37,403 nt of DNA from a virus (taxonomy: Duplodnaviria > Caudoviricetes): positions 1 through 37,403 of the IMG/VR virus record IMGVR_UViG_3300011339_000063. One strand, written 5' to 3'. A program made the position numbers and the translations under genes. Under the pieces are notes generated by a model that ran no database searches, was not told the DNA's origin, and worked only from the letters and a program-made list of their open reading frames with translations. Below, piece after piece: positions 16,638-25,837 of the stretch. Position 1 is the first letter of the stretch, and the number at the start of each line of letters is the position of its first letter.

Positions 16638-18472
16638 TATCTAGTTCCTTGTTCTGCGTAGTCCACATCTACTCCAATAACTGATGACCAGTTAGCACCT
16701 GTTGGTACGACATTGACTCTATGATAACGACCTGCACTTCTTACACTACATCTGCCTTCTTGTGTAGCTGATACAGATGTGCCAAAGGTTATGGTATCAT
16801 CTAACATACGTCTACTTGCTATTTGCACATTTGCACTACCATTACCGATAGAAGGTCTTAGAGTTGTTACTACAGAATTATAACCATATTCTAAGTCATT
16901 ACTTACAATACTGCCTGTTGCATTTGTGCCTGTGAATGTAATAATTTTAGCATCTCTTACACCACCAAATAAGAACTTACCGCCCTTGTAAAGTCTATCA
17001 TCCATAGTCGTTACAAGTGTATCTATTGTTTTTAGAGCTGCGGCTGAGGCTGCCATGTCTATTGCTACACCTGTGCCTGAGCCTACCCCTGTGGCTGTAA
17101 ATAATACGCCTACTGTATTGGCAACTGCACCTATAAGGGTAAAGTCTGTAGTGCCTACTGTTCTAATGGTATATTGTTTTGTAGCTACAAAAGAACCTGC
17201 TGTTATATCATAAGCAGAATCTATACCATCTAAAGATGTGCCTGAAGTGGCTAGGGTAGATAAAACATCTACATCTGTATCTGCCTCACACCATTTTTTA
17301 GTTTCATAATTATAAATAAGTAATGCTCTAGGACCAGATATAGTTGTGTAGTTCCAAATCACTAAATTACGTTCAGGGTCTACGGCTGCTGAGATAGAGT
17401 CTATATCTGCAATGTTAGCATTATTAAAGAAGTATCTATCTACTTTTTCTGCACCAATATTTTCTAATGTTTGACCATTAGTAGCATAGAATCCATCATC
17501 TGATAAGAAATAAACAAAGCCACCATACTGTGCTATAGAGCCACCTTCTATACAGCCAATGTTTCTAGAGATTGTGTCAAACTGAAAGAATAATGGTGAA
17601 CCTATGTAGGTCATTCTCACAATGGCTTTTTCTAAAAAGACTATACCAAACTCACCCCCAGTAATACCTGTAATGTCACCACCGTCAGGAAGTTCTTGGA
17701 AGTCAGACTGTGATGCACCACCTGAAGTCCAATCCGTTGGGTCGTTTATATCTGACCATTGCACTTTAGCAGGATTTGTACCTGCACCAATATTTGCACA
17801 TACAACAAAATCACGCACCGCAGTTATGAATTTTGCGATAGGTGCTGCTGCTGCTAAATCACCAAAATAAGCAGATGCGTTGACATCATAGTATTGCACT
17901 TTTTCAGAGCCATTAGAGGCTATTGCATAATTACCAAACTGTAGAAATTGCCATCTGTTTGTGCCTGTATAAGCTCCTGCTATAACTGTACCTGTAGCTG
18001 CTGCACTAGTAATATTGGCGTTAGTTCTTGCATAGGTAAAAGTAGTTGCTGTTGGCACAGCTATAATCGTGTAAGTACCATCAAACACGTTATTACTAGC
18101 ATCTACGACTACAGAATCATTTGGACTATACTTATGAGCTGCGGCTGTTGTTATCGTAGCTACGTTAGAGGTGAGTGATACATTACTAATTGTTCTAGCT
18201 ACACTTTTAGATACATCATCTAAAGACAAGTCTGTAGGGTCTAGTTCAAATAGTTTAGTATTGCCACCTGCAAATACTTTGACATCATTGTTAATTCTAG
18301 TAGCAAAACAATTACTTAAATCTTCAGAAGCATTTGCTGAGTAATTTACTGCTGATCTAAACGGACCATATCCTACAGCCAAAGGAACAACATTATTAGC
18401 TTCTGATACAGAGTCTAATATGCTAGGTTGGTCTGGTAACCATTCTTTAAATGCTATACGTTGTGTAGGCAT
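16637..18472 (-). CDS. Tail hub / packaged DNA stabilisation protein (P22 gp10 / tail tubular B-like)
   Basis: EWLPD, WSDINDP..W and G.I..GS motifs; beta-propeller-like; two Thr/Ala-rich insertions. Confidence 0.7.
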   Translation of the reverse strand: MPTQRIAFKEWLPDQPSILDSVSEANNVVPLAVGYGPFRSAVNYSANASEDLSNCFATRINNDVKVFAGGNTKLFELDPTDLSLDDVSKSVARTISNVSLTSNVATITTAAAHKYSPNDSVVVDASNNVFDGTYTIIAVPTATTFTYARTNANITSAAATGTVIAGAYTGTNRWQFLQFGNYAIASNGSEKVQYYDVNASAYFGDLAAAAPIAKFITAVRDFVVCANIGAGTNPAKVQWSDINDPTDWTSGGASQSDFQELPDGGDITGITGGEFGIVFLEKAIVRMTYIGSPLFFQFDTISRNIGCIEGGSIAQYGGFVYFLSDDGFYATNGQTLENIGAEKVDRYFFNNANIADIDSISAAVDPERNLVIWNYTTISGPRALLIYNYETKKWCEADTDVDVLSTLATSGTSLDGIDSAYDITAGSFVATKQYTIRTVGTTDFTLIGAVANTVGVLFTATGVGSGTGVAIDMAASAAALKTIDTLVTTMDDRLYKGGKFLFGGVRDAKIITFTGTNATGSIVSNDLEYGYNSVVTTLRPSIGNGSANVQIASRRMLDDTITFGTSVSATQEGRCSVRSAGRYHRVNVVPTGANWSSVIGVDVDYAEQGTR

Positions 18473-18473
18473 G

Positions 18474-18884
18474 TTATCTCTTTACTTTTAAATAGTTAAT
18501 TGCTGATTGTAATATTGAAATATTATCTTTTGCTTTTCCTAATAAAATATTACAAGCTGAACATAATAATCCACGAACTTTACCTGTAGTATGACAATGG
18601 TCAACAGCCAAACGGTGTCCTGAACCTTTTTCGCAATTTTCTACATTTTCGCCACATATTGCACAACAATTATTTTGTTTTAATAATAAATCATCATAAT
18701 CTTGCAATGTAATATTATATTTTTGTGCTAAATGAGCTTTTCTTGCTGATATTTTACCTTCATTAGATTGTTGCCATTTTTTAAAACACAATTTGCACAT
18801 TGACTGAATTCCTTGCTTACTTCTATTTTCTTTATAAAATTCAGTTTTTGGTTTTTCAATATTGCATTTAGTACATATTTTCAT
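18474..18884 (-). CDS. Free-standing endonuclease VII-family (His-Me finger) homing endonuclease
   Basis: CxxC...CxxC then YNIT..DY....Q...CAICG...LAVDHCH.TGKVRGLLC..CN; more AT-rich than its flanks. Confidence 0.9.
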   Translation of the reverse strand: MKICTKCNIEKPKTEFYKENRSKQGIQSMCKLCFKKWQQSNEGKISARKAHLAQKYNITLQDYDDLLLKQNNCCAICGENVENCEKGSGHRLAVDHCHTTGKVRGLLCSACNILLGKAKDNISILQSAINYLKVKR

Positions 18885-18885
18885 T

Positions 18886-19644
18886 TTATGCTTTTTGAAT
18901 AAATGCTAGTGCATAGTATGGTGGTAAGTTTTGGTCAGTACCACTAGAACCTGTTGTAGAGTTTGAAACTGTAATTCCTGTAGATGCAGCATAAAGAGTT
19001 TCAAAACCAACAGCACCACCACCAGAAGTAGAATTATCATTAGTTCCACCAGCAGTATTTGTGTTTGTGCGAACACTTCCATTCCAACCCCAATGTGAGT
19101 GTGTTGGGTCAGTAACTGTAGCAGTATGAGTATGAGATACTACGATAGCGTCTTTACTACCACCTGTTTGTGTATTAGAACCTGTAATAGTTGTATATGC
19201 TACACCAGAAGTATCAGAATGTGCACCAACAATAAATCTGTTTCGTAAATCTGGAGTTCCGTTAGAACCATTACATAAATACCAACCACTAGGGATAGTA
19301 GCAATAGTGCCTGACCACATAATAATACCACCACTAGGGAATCCTGATCCCCATGTAGGAGTATTACCTGAACCTGCTGATAACAATACTTGACCAGAAG
19401 TTCCTGCAGATCCATCTAAAGTTACGCCACCTGTAACTGCTAGTGTGCCTGAAGATGTAAGTGTACCTGCAACAGTAAATGGGTCACTACCTGTGCCATC
19501 TTGTTGATCTTTTAACTGTGCCATTAAACTACGAATAGCATTGTTTACGTTAGCAGGTGAGCATCCTTCTGCAATATTAATATTACTTATGTCAGTATTA
19601 CTAGCAGCGGTTGCTGAATACTCACTAATTTTTGTCTTTGCCAT
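18886..19644 (-). CDS. Short tail fibre with tail-collar domain
   Basis: GIIMWSG..IPSGWYLCNGSNGTPDLRNRFIVGA...NLPPYYALAFIQK. Confidence 0.8.
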   Translation of the reverse strand: MAKTKISEYSATAASNTDISNINIAEGCSPANVNNAIRSLMAQLKDQQDGTGSDPFTVAGTLTSSGTLAVTGGVTLDGSAGTSGQVLLSAGSGNTPTWGSGFPSGGIIMWSGTIATIPSGWYLCNGSNGTPDLRNRFIVGAHSDTSGVAYTTITGSNTQTGGSKDAIVVSHTHTATVTDPTHSHWGWNGSVRTNTNTAGGTNDNSTSGGGAVGFETLYAASTGITVSNSTTGSSGTDQNLPPYYALAFIQKA

Positions 19645-19647
19645 TTT

Positions 19648-20604
19648 TTACCCTTGTCTTAACCAAATGTCTGTGCTTGGAGTAACTTCAGTCCAAGTTT
19701 CTGTTCCTGCTGTTATTTCTGTCCATGTGTCTGTAGAAACTGATACTGCTGTCCAAGTTTCTGATCCTGCTGATACTGGTGTCCATGTTTCTGTGCCTGC
19801 TGGTACAACTATCCATTCTTCACCTAATATTGTACCTTTAGCTGTTACTGTGCCTACACCTTCTACATAAGCAAAACCTGCTAGTATAGCGTTAGGACTT
19901 GCTGTCACAATAGCAAACCCATTGACTTGTGCATTACCTGATACTACATAACCACCTAATGCTGTGACTGTTGCAGTTCCTGTGATAGATGCACTATCAA
20001 ATGTAAGTCTATTAGCGTTTGCTGTGACTGTTGCATTACTTGTGATACTTGCAGAGTCTGTTCTAGTGCGTTGTGCAGATGCTGTAACTGTAGCGTTAGC
20101 TGTAATAACACCGTTAGCAGAGAATATGCTATTAGCATTAGCAGTAACTGTAGCGTTACCTGTGATAGAACCAATACCAAACTGAACTCTATTACCATCT
20201 GCTGTGACTGTAGCGTTAGCAGATATACTACCACTACCGAATAATGTTGTATTAGCACTAGCACTTACTGTGGCAGTTACATTTACATCTGCTGTGCCAT
20301 AGATAAATGAGAAACCATCTACAGTAATAACAGCAGAGACTGATATAGCAGCACTACCTGTGCGTTCTCTAGTACCGTTAGCAGTAACTGTTCCTGTGCA
20401 GTTTACGACTGCGTTACCAAATTGTAGTCTGTTAGCACTAGCTGTTACAGTTGCATCTGCTGTGATAGAAGCACTAAATGGTAGTATTCTAAAGCCTAAT
20501 GCTGTAACAGTAGCTGTTGCATTTACACTAGCAGAAGCTAGTAGTGTTTGTCCGCCTGCTAAAGAGCTAAATGGGCTTTGCGAAAACGCTGATATGCCAA
20601 ACAT
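19648..20604 (-). CDS. Repetitive Ala/Thr-rich structural (fibre-like) protein
   Basis: About 20-aa repeats (SASIT.NATVTA.A.R) and C-terminal 10-aa Trp repeats. Confidence 0.75.
   Translation of the reverse strand: MFGISAFSQSPFSSLAGGQTLLASASVNATATVTALGFRILPFSASITADATVTASANRLQFGNAVVNCTGTVTANGTRERTGSAAISVSAVITVDGFSFIYGTADVNVTATVSASANTTLFGSGSISANATVTADGNRVQFGIGSITGNATVTANANSIFSANGVITANATVTASAQRTRTDSASITSNATVTANANRLTFDSASITGTATVTALGGYVVSGNAQVNGFAIVTASPNAILAGFAYVEGVGTVTAKGTILGEEWIVVPAGTETWTPVSAGSETWTAVSVSTDTWTEITAGTETWTEVTPSTDIWLRQG
19661..19815 (-). repeat. 30-bp tandem repeat encoding Trp-spaced decapeptides
   Basis: (G/A)TCCA recurs every 30 nt (19691, 19721, 19751, 19781, 19811). Confidence 0.8.
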
Positions 20605-20626
20605 TTATACTCCTTTTGTTAGTTTA

Positions 20627-20821
20627 TTAACCATTTAATAAAGTAATTATGGCATCAACCTCTTCTTGTGTAACTGCTGTTTCGCCATCTGCTGATGTTG
20701 GAATATTTCCTTCTTGAAACCAAATTTTAAATTGTTGGGCATCTGTGTTAGCTGGGTCAAATGGGATAAAAGCTCCATCATTTCTTATAATACCGTTATT
20801 TTTTTCTGTTAATTTATACAT
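20627..20821 (-). CDS. Small tail fibre-associated chaperone-like protein
   Basis: DGAFIPFDPANTD.Q.F..W...GN.P motif, directly after a fibre gene. Confidence 0.65.
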   Translation of the reverse strand: MYKLTEKNNGIIRNDGAFIPFDPANTDAQQFKIWFQEGNIPTSADGETAVTQEEVDAIITLLNG

Positions 20822-20824
20822 AGT

Positions 20825-21973
20825 TTATAACTCCGCAGATGCTGTATAGTTAAATATGACGCTATAACCGCCAGTAGTAATATTTGAACCTGTATTATTA
20901 TAAAAACTAAAACCATCATAAGCAGAAATATTTAATTTGCCTGAATTAGCAGCAAAATCTGCTCCAGTCCATCCATTACTTACTCTTTCAGTTGAGCTAG
21001 ATGACCAACTATATATAGTTACTGTAGGACTTGCCCTTTTGGTAACCCTATACATAATTGGACCTAAAATTTGTTGATTTGCTCCAGCACCACCAGCATA
21101 CGTATTACTTCCAACTGTTGCAGCAGTATAGTAGCTATAAGAATTTTGAGGAATAGTTACACCAGAAAAGTTAGTTTCATAATACCTCTGACACAACGCT
21201 AACTCTGTCCCATAAGGTCTATAGTCAAAAGATGTAGCAGTACTGCCTTTTTCTAGTTGGACACCTGTGATGTAGAAGGTAGCTCCGTTAGTGCCTACTA
21301 CTGATGTTGCACCTGTGGCTGATACATAATTTGCACCTGCCCATGCACTTGCTGTTCCTGAATATGTAGAACCAACCCCTAATCCAAAATTAATTTGAAT
21401 TCCAATTCCATTAGTTGCACCTACCCAAGTACCTGATGTATCACCAGCAATAGTTACAGTTTTTTGTTCCCATGTATTTGCACTAGATATTGTATAAGTA
21501 AATGGATAACTTCTAGTAAAATCACTATTTTGCAAACTTCCACCAAAGGTGCCAGTAAGAGAACTACGAACAAAGAAAGATAAAGTAACTGTAGAAGCAG
21601 ATGCAGTTCCCCATCCTAAATCTGATGTATTAAATCCCTCTATAGGTTGCCGTAATAAAAAATAATCAGATGAAGATACTGAATAAGCTGAACTAGATGT
21701 TATACCAAGATAATTTTTAAACCCATTTGGCGGCGTTACAGAACCAGCATTTTGTTGAACTGTTAATTTTGATGTTTGCGAATTATAAACAACCCATCTG
21801 TCTAATGTGTAAGAATTGTTTGGTGTCACACTAGCACCAGCATTTCTCTGGTCTATAACCATCCCCCCATTTATAATACGGTTACGGAACGCAAAGCCAC
21901 CACCATACGCACTTGTGCTCTGTGTGGTATTGTCGTTAAACGTTATTGAGCTTCCACTAACTATTGTCGTCAT
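20825..21973 (-). CDS. Tail fibre / receptor-binding protein with carbohydrate-binding-like domain
   Basis: FRNRIING.M.IDQRN...YITGVQLE.G..AT.F...ELALCQRYY motifs. Confidence 0.75.
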   Translation of the reverse strand: MTTIVSGSSITFNDNTTQSTSAYGGGFAFRNRIINGGMVIDQRNAGASVTPNNSYTLDRWVVYNSQTSKLTVQQNAGSVTPPNGFKNYLGITSSSAYSVSSSDYFLLRQPIEGFNTSDLGWGTASASTVTLSFFVRSSLTGTFGGSLQNSDFTRSYPFTYTISSANTWEQKTVTIAGDTSGTWVGATNGIGIQINFGLGVGSTYSGTASAWAGANYVSATGATSVVGTNGATFYITGVQLEKGSTATSFDYRPYGTELALCQRYYETNFSGVTIPQNSYSYYTAATVGSNTYAGGAGANQQILGPIMYRVTKRASPTVTIYSWSSSSTERVSNGWTGADFAANSGKLNISAYDGFSFYNNTGSNITTGGYSVIFNYTASAEL

Positions 21974-22245
21974 ACTACACCTTTAGGATATTTGTTTTTT
22001 ACAGCTAGACAAGCGTCTATATAGGCTTGTACTTGTGCGTTATCACCTTTTACAATACCGTCTAGATAGTCTGTAATAGTTGGATATTCTCTTGCTCTTA
22101 GTTCTTTGTATGCTTCAGATGCTACTAGAGCTTCTACAGCGTTGTTATCGTATGTGACTTCTTGTTCGTCTTTATCGTATGCAATATCACCACGAATAGT
22201 GACTATGTTAGGATAAAGTTTATATATGGCTTCGTGTTTATTCAT
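21970..22245 (-). CDS. Tail fibre assembly chaperone-like protein
   Basis: YKELRAREYP...LD......AVK.KYPK motif. Confidence 0.65.
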   Translation of the reverse strand: MNKHEAIYKLYPNIVTIRGDIAYDKDEQEVTYDNNAVEALVASEAYKELRAREYPTITDYLDGIVKGDNAQVQAYIDACLAVKNKYPKGVV

Positions 22246-22847
22246 TATACTGCAACCTCTGTAATTTTAATAAATGAAATCATAGCTCCACCTAAATATC
22301 TAGTGCCTGAAGCTCCATTTACTTGAAAAGTGCCAGCAGAATTTTGTCCACCACGAACTTTAAATGTGGTTGAAGATGTTGTTCCAGAAGTCATTGAATA
22401 AGACATTACCAATGGTGGTGGTGGTGCATTTGCTGAACTTGATACTCCCCAACAAGCAATTAAAGCACTTGCAGTTGAGTCTTGAAATAAAGCAATAGTA
22501 GATAATGCACTTGATACATTACATACCGTATTAAAAACAACATCAATATATAATTTTGATGTAGAAAGTTTAGGTGTAATGCTACAAGTTAAAAACTCTG
22601 CACCTTCTGTATTTTGAGGAATAGTATCATCTAATGGAATTGTATTTGTAGTAGATGCAAAAGTATTTGTTGTAGCTATTACCACCTGTATTACACTTCC
22701 AGCAGGAAAGTTAGTATTACTAGCACTTGTTAGTATTGTCCCTGTATTATCTGGTAGCGTAAGTGTTCTGTCAGTATTACTGTTGGGACTTGCTATTGTA
22801 AAGTTACCTGTACCAGAGGCTGAAGGCGATAGAGAAATTTTAGACAT
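22245..22847 (-). CDS. Tail fibre-like structural protein
   Basis: TLTLPDNTGT, GSVIQVV, SITP...SK..I and ITEVA motifs. Confidence 0.65.
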   Translation of the reverse strand: MSKISLSPSASGTGNFTIASPNSNTDRTLTLPDNTGTILTSASNTNFPAGSVIQVVIATTNTFASTTNTIPLDDTIPQNTEGAEFLTCSITPKLSTSKLYIDVVFNTVCNVSSALSTIALFQDSTASALIACWGVSSSANAPPPPLVMSYSMTSGTTSSTTFKVRGGQNSAGTFQVNGASGTRYLGGAMISFIKITEVAV

Positions 22848-22850
22848 TGT

Positions 22851-23915
22851 TTAACCTATCATTAAAATACATGGCACACAGTATGAACCATCTTCATACG
22901 TTGCACTTACATAATTAGAAGTTACTTTTGCTACTGTAGATGAACGACAGATGTCATCTGCTTGTGGTTTAGCTGTGCCATCACCTGCTGACTCTAGTAA
23001 GTCACCATTCTGAACTACGACACCTTGTGCTATACGAATAACAAAGTCACCAGACTGTGCTACATAGAAGTCGTATGGGTTAGTTTCGTCATCTTCATCA
23101 TATCTGTCAAATACACCAGCAACTGCTTTAGATGCAACTGTAGTAGATACAATAGTCTTTGTAGCTTGTTCGTTAGGTAATGGTTCACCATCTTTTTCCC
23201 ATTCACACATATCGTTTGTAGACTCTAATACTGTGCCACGATATACGTTAGGTTTGCCTGTTTCATTTTGCCATTGTGACCAACGAGATAAGTGACCACC
23301 ATTGTATGATACTGTTGTGCCTGATACAGAAATAGAGCCTTCTGTTGTGCCATCTTGTCTTAAGTCTACTAAAGTGCCATCATTAGTGCTTCTGTTAATG
23401 GAAACTGGTGTGTCAGCACCTCGTGACACAGCTAGTAAATTTCCTGAATTTAATGCAATACCAGTAGATGTACCACCTACACCAGGTAATGAATTAGTGG
23501 TGTTAAAACATAAATTACCACTAGAGTCTATACGCATACGTTCTGCTGATGAAGAACCATTATAAGTAGTAAAAGTCATTACTTTACCACCTGCACCTAA
23601 TGGAGATGTAGCTACATCTGTAACACCTGTAGCATCATTAGAAGTAATATCTAAACCTGTATTACCAGCATTTATTCTTGCATTTAAAGAGCCACTTGCT
23701 CCTGTAACGTGTAGTTTTGTTGCAGGACTCGTAGTACCAATCCCTACATTACCAGATGCGTCTACTCTTACTCTTTCTGAACCACCTGTAGAGATACCTA
23801 CAATATCTGTTCCGTAGAATAAACCTGTGTTGGTATCTGTTCCTTGAAAGGCAGGTGTTGTAGATGAACCGTCTACACCTGAAATGCCTGTTGTACCATT
23901 AATAGTAATACTCAT
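22851..23915 (-). CDS. Tail fibre protein with putative C-terminal chaperone/peptidase-like domain
   Basis: Repeated ER.R.D.SGN(VGIGTTSP) fibre units; C-terminal GDLL.S...G.A..Q.DD domain. Confidence 0.7.
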   Translation of the reverse strand: MSITINGTTGISGVDGSSTTPAFQGTDTNTGLFYGTDIVGISTGGSERVRVDASGNVGIGTTSPATKLHVTGASGSLNARINAGNTGLDITSNDATGVTDVATSPLGAGGKVMTFTTYNGSSSAERMRIDSSGNLCFNTTNSLPGVGGTSTGIALNSGNLLAVSRGADTPVSINRSTNDGTLVDLRQDGTTEGSISVSGTTVSYNGGHLSRWSQWQNETGKPNVYRGTVLESTNDMCEWEKDGEPLPNEQATKTIVSTTVASKAVAGVFDRYDEDDETNPYDFYVAQSGDFVIRIAQGVVVQNGDLLESAGDGTAKPQADDICRSSTVAKVTSNYVSATYEDGSYCVPCILMIG

Positions 23916-24403
23916 ACGACCACCCAATTGCTTCCTGAAGGTATAGTTAAACTTATTCCTGAATTGACTGTGACAGGTCCTGCACTCATAGCATTATAGT
24001 TTGTTTGTATCGTGTAGTTTGCTGATACAGTATTAGCGTTTTCTACAAGACCATTACTTGCTGATAGTTGTGGTGCTATAGCTGTACCATTAGCGTCTTG
24101 GTATGTAGCTTTTTCAGCAGGATATGTTACAAATACGTTTTTAGTGCCTGCACTAAAGTTGACTAGAGAACCACCATTGCTAGACTCTAATACAGTTGTA
24201 CGAGATAAAGTAGTGCCTGAAGATGTATATGTACCTAGACCTACTTCCCATTCTGAACCCATAACAATAGCGTAGTAAGTAGTATTACCATTACCGATAA
24301 CAGAGAATGATTGAAAGCCAGATACTGCACCAGCAAGTGTAAACGTACCTGTGCCTGTAGTGGTAGAACTTTCTTGGACCCTATCTTTGACGACTAATGC
24401 CAT
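23912..24403 (-). CDS. Tail fibre base / structural protein
   Basis: ALVVKDRV.E..TTTGTG...WEVG.GTY...FSAGTKNVFVTYPA; C-terminal SAGPVTV...W.VV. Confidence 0.65.
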   Translation of the reverse strand: MALVVKDRVQESSTTTGTGTFTLAGAVSGFQSFSVIGNGNTTYYAIVMGSEWEVGLGTYTSSGTTLSRTTVLESSNGGSLVNFSAGTKNVFVTYPAEKATYQDANGTAIAPQLSASNGLVENANTVSANYTIQTNYNAMSAGPVTVNSGISLTIPSGSNWVVV

Positions 24404-24429
24404 ATTTAAGTTTCCGTTAGGTTATGTAT

Positions 24430-24816
24430 TTAGCTCAACGTCACAGAAAGATTGCCGCTACTGATTTTGAAAATATCACCAGTATCAATTGTTTTAGATG
24501 TATCTAATGGGCTATGGTATAGAAGGTTACCTGATGTAGAAGCATCATGAATACCAATCCAACCTACTGTTCCCCATGAAGCTGTGCAAGTTGGGAATGT
24601 AACGTCAGCAGAGTTTGTAGTTACACCGTTAGCTGGTGCACCAAATGTAACTGCTGTTCTAGCATATGATCCACCAGATACTTCTGTACCACTACCTGCA
24701 TCTGTAGGGTCTGATGTAAATAAACCTACATAAACTGTTGTAGGTGCTGTGTAAGATGTTGCTCGTAGAGTTACGTTAATTAAAGCGTTCTCTAAATAAT
24801 TACTCATTTCTGCCAT
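24430..24816 (-). CDS. Structural protein (tail/fibre accessory)
   Basis: SNYLEN...YVGLFTSDP.DAG...EVSGGSYAR motif. Confidence 0.65.
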   Translation of the reverse strand: MAEMSNYLENALINVTLRATSYTAPTTVYVGLFTSDPTDAGSGTEVSGGSYARTAVTFGAPANGVTTNSADVTFPTCTASWGTVGWIGIHDASTSGNLLYHSPLDTSKTIDTGDIFKISSGNLSVTLS

Positions 24817-24825
24817 GATTTTTCC

Positions 24826-25437
24826 TTATGCTGTTGTAATTGAAAGATTTCCAGTATATTCACTAGAATCATCTGCTGCTGTTAATGAATTTACACCTCT
24901 ATCGTACAATGCAGCCCAAGTTTGAACCCTTGCGTCATTCATAAGATATGGCTCTGCTTCACCTAATGTTGCGTATAATAATAGATCTGGGCAATTAGCC
25001 AAGAATACATTAGATGAATTTGCTGAGCTTAAATATGCAGGTGCTGCATAATAAAGCATATTTAATGTGTATGCTGAATCTGGAATAGGTGCAAATTGAA
25101 ACTCTGCTGCTAATACTGTGTATTTTGTAGGTACACCAGATTCTGTTGTTCTGGCGTTAGTAAAGAAACTTGGATTACTTAAATATTCAATAGTAGATGC
25201 TGGTGTGGTTTGTAAATATAATCCACGCATAGCTAAAAAGTCGCTAGGTAATGCAACTGTTTTATCGCCAGCTGTCGTTGTTGTAGTCACAACTTTAAGC
25301 ATAAATCTTGCACGAAGATCACGTCTTAATCTATTCTCTGCTAACTGAATAAAATCTGGTATTTGTGTTGTTAAGTCACTACGAGCTAAGTAATCAGCTA
25401 CTGTAGCTTTCAAATCTGTATAGTTTGTAAATGCCAT
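24826..25437 (-). CDS. Head-tail adaptor (tail tubular protein A-like)
   Basis: YTDLK..VADYL.R.DL...IPDFI.LAE...PDLLLY..L.EA..YL.ND pattern; position after the capsid gene. Confidence 0.75.
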   Translation of the reverse strand: MAFTNYTDLKATVADYLARSDLTTQIPDFIQLAENRLRRDLRARFMLKVVTTTTTAGDKTVALPSDFLAMRGLYLQTTPASTIEYLSNPSFFTNARTTESGVPTKYTVLAAEFQFAPIPDSAYTLNMLYYAAPAYLSSANSSNVFLANCPDLLLYATLGEAEPYLMNDARVQTWAALYDRGVNSLTAADDSSEYTGNLSITTA

Positions 25438-25745
25438 TATACTGTGCCTTCTCGTGTACGAAACACTTTGTTGTCTGGGTCATTAAGAAATCGTCTAAAT
25501 GCTTTTTGGTCTATGACATGGAATCCACGCACAATACCTCTTTTGTTTAATTCGTCAAAGACAGTCATAGGAATACTAGCTATCTTATTATCAAATAAAT
25601 CATCACCCCAACGGGTGTGTTTATCTGTGTGTTTTCTTTGGTTGTAATTATTATCTATAATATCTGTAATGTCTTGTTTAGTTTCAATGACTAAACCATT
25701 ATCAGTATCATGCACAACGCTTGTTCTAAATGTTATTGGTTTCAT
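25437..25745 (-). CDS. Hypothetical virion-morphogenesis protein
   Basis: IASIP...FLNDPDN..FRT motif; lies between capsid and adaptor. Confidence 0.7.
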   Translation of the reverse strand: MKPITFRTSVVHDTDNGLVIETKQDITDIIDNNYNQRKHTDKHTRWGDDLFDNKIASIPMTVFDELNKRGIVRGFHVIDQKAFRRFLNDPDNKVFRTREGTV

Positions 25746-25761
25746 TTTAAAATGTAATCAT

Positions 25762-25802
25762 AAAAAGAATAACAGAGGTGTAGGCATGACCTATCACCTC
25801 TG
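25762..25802 (-). terminator. Intrinsic terminator after the major capsid gene
   Basis: CAGAGGTG-A-TAGG-TCATG-CCTA-CACCTCTG then TTATTCTTTTT; a second hairpin (TAATGGA/TCCATTA) lies at 25810-25829. Confidence 0.75.
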
Positions 25803-25837
25803 CACTCAATAATGGATAAAGTTCCATTAAACCTTTA

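Noticed and set aside
19661-20520. Periodic 30-bp and 60-bp repeats as a CRISPR-like array
   Set aside because: The repeats are degenerate at wobble positions, in frame and lack unique spacers, so they are protein repeats.
25746-25837. Double hairpin after the capsid gene as a tRNA or ncRNA
   Set aside because: No cloverleaf or T-loop consensus; a post-capsid terminator explains it.
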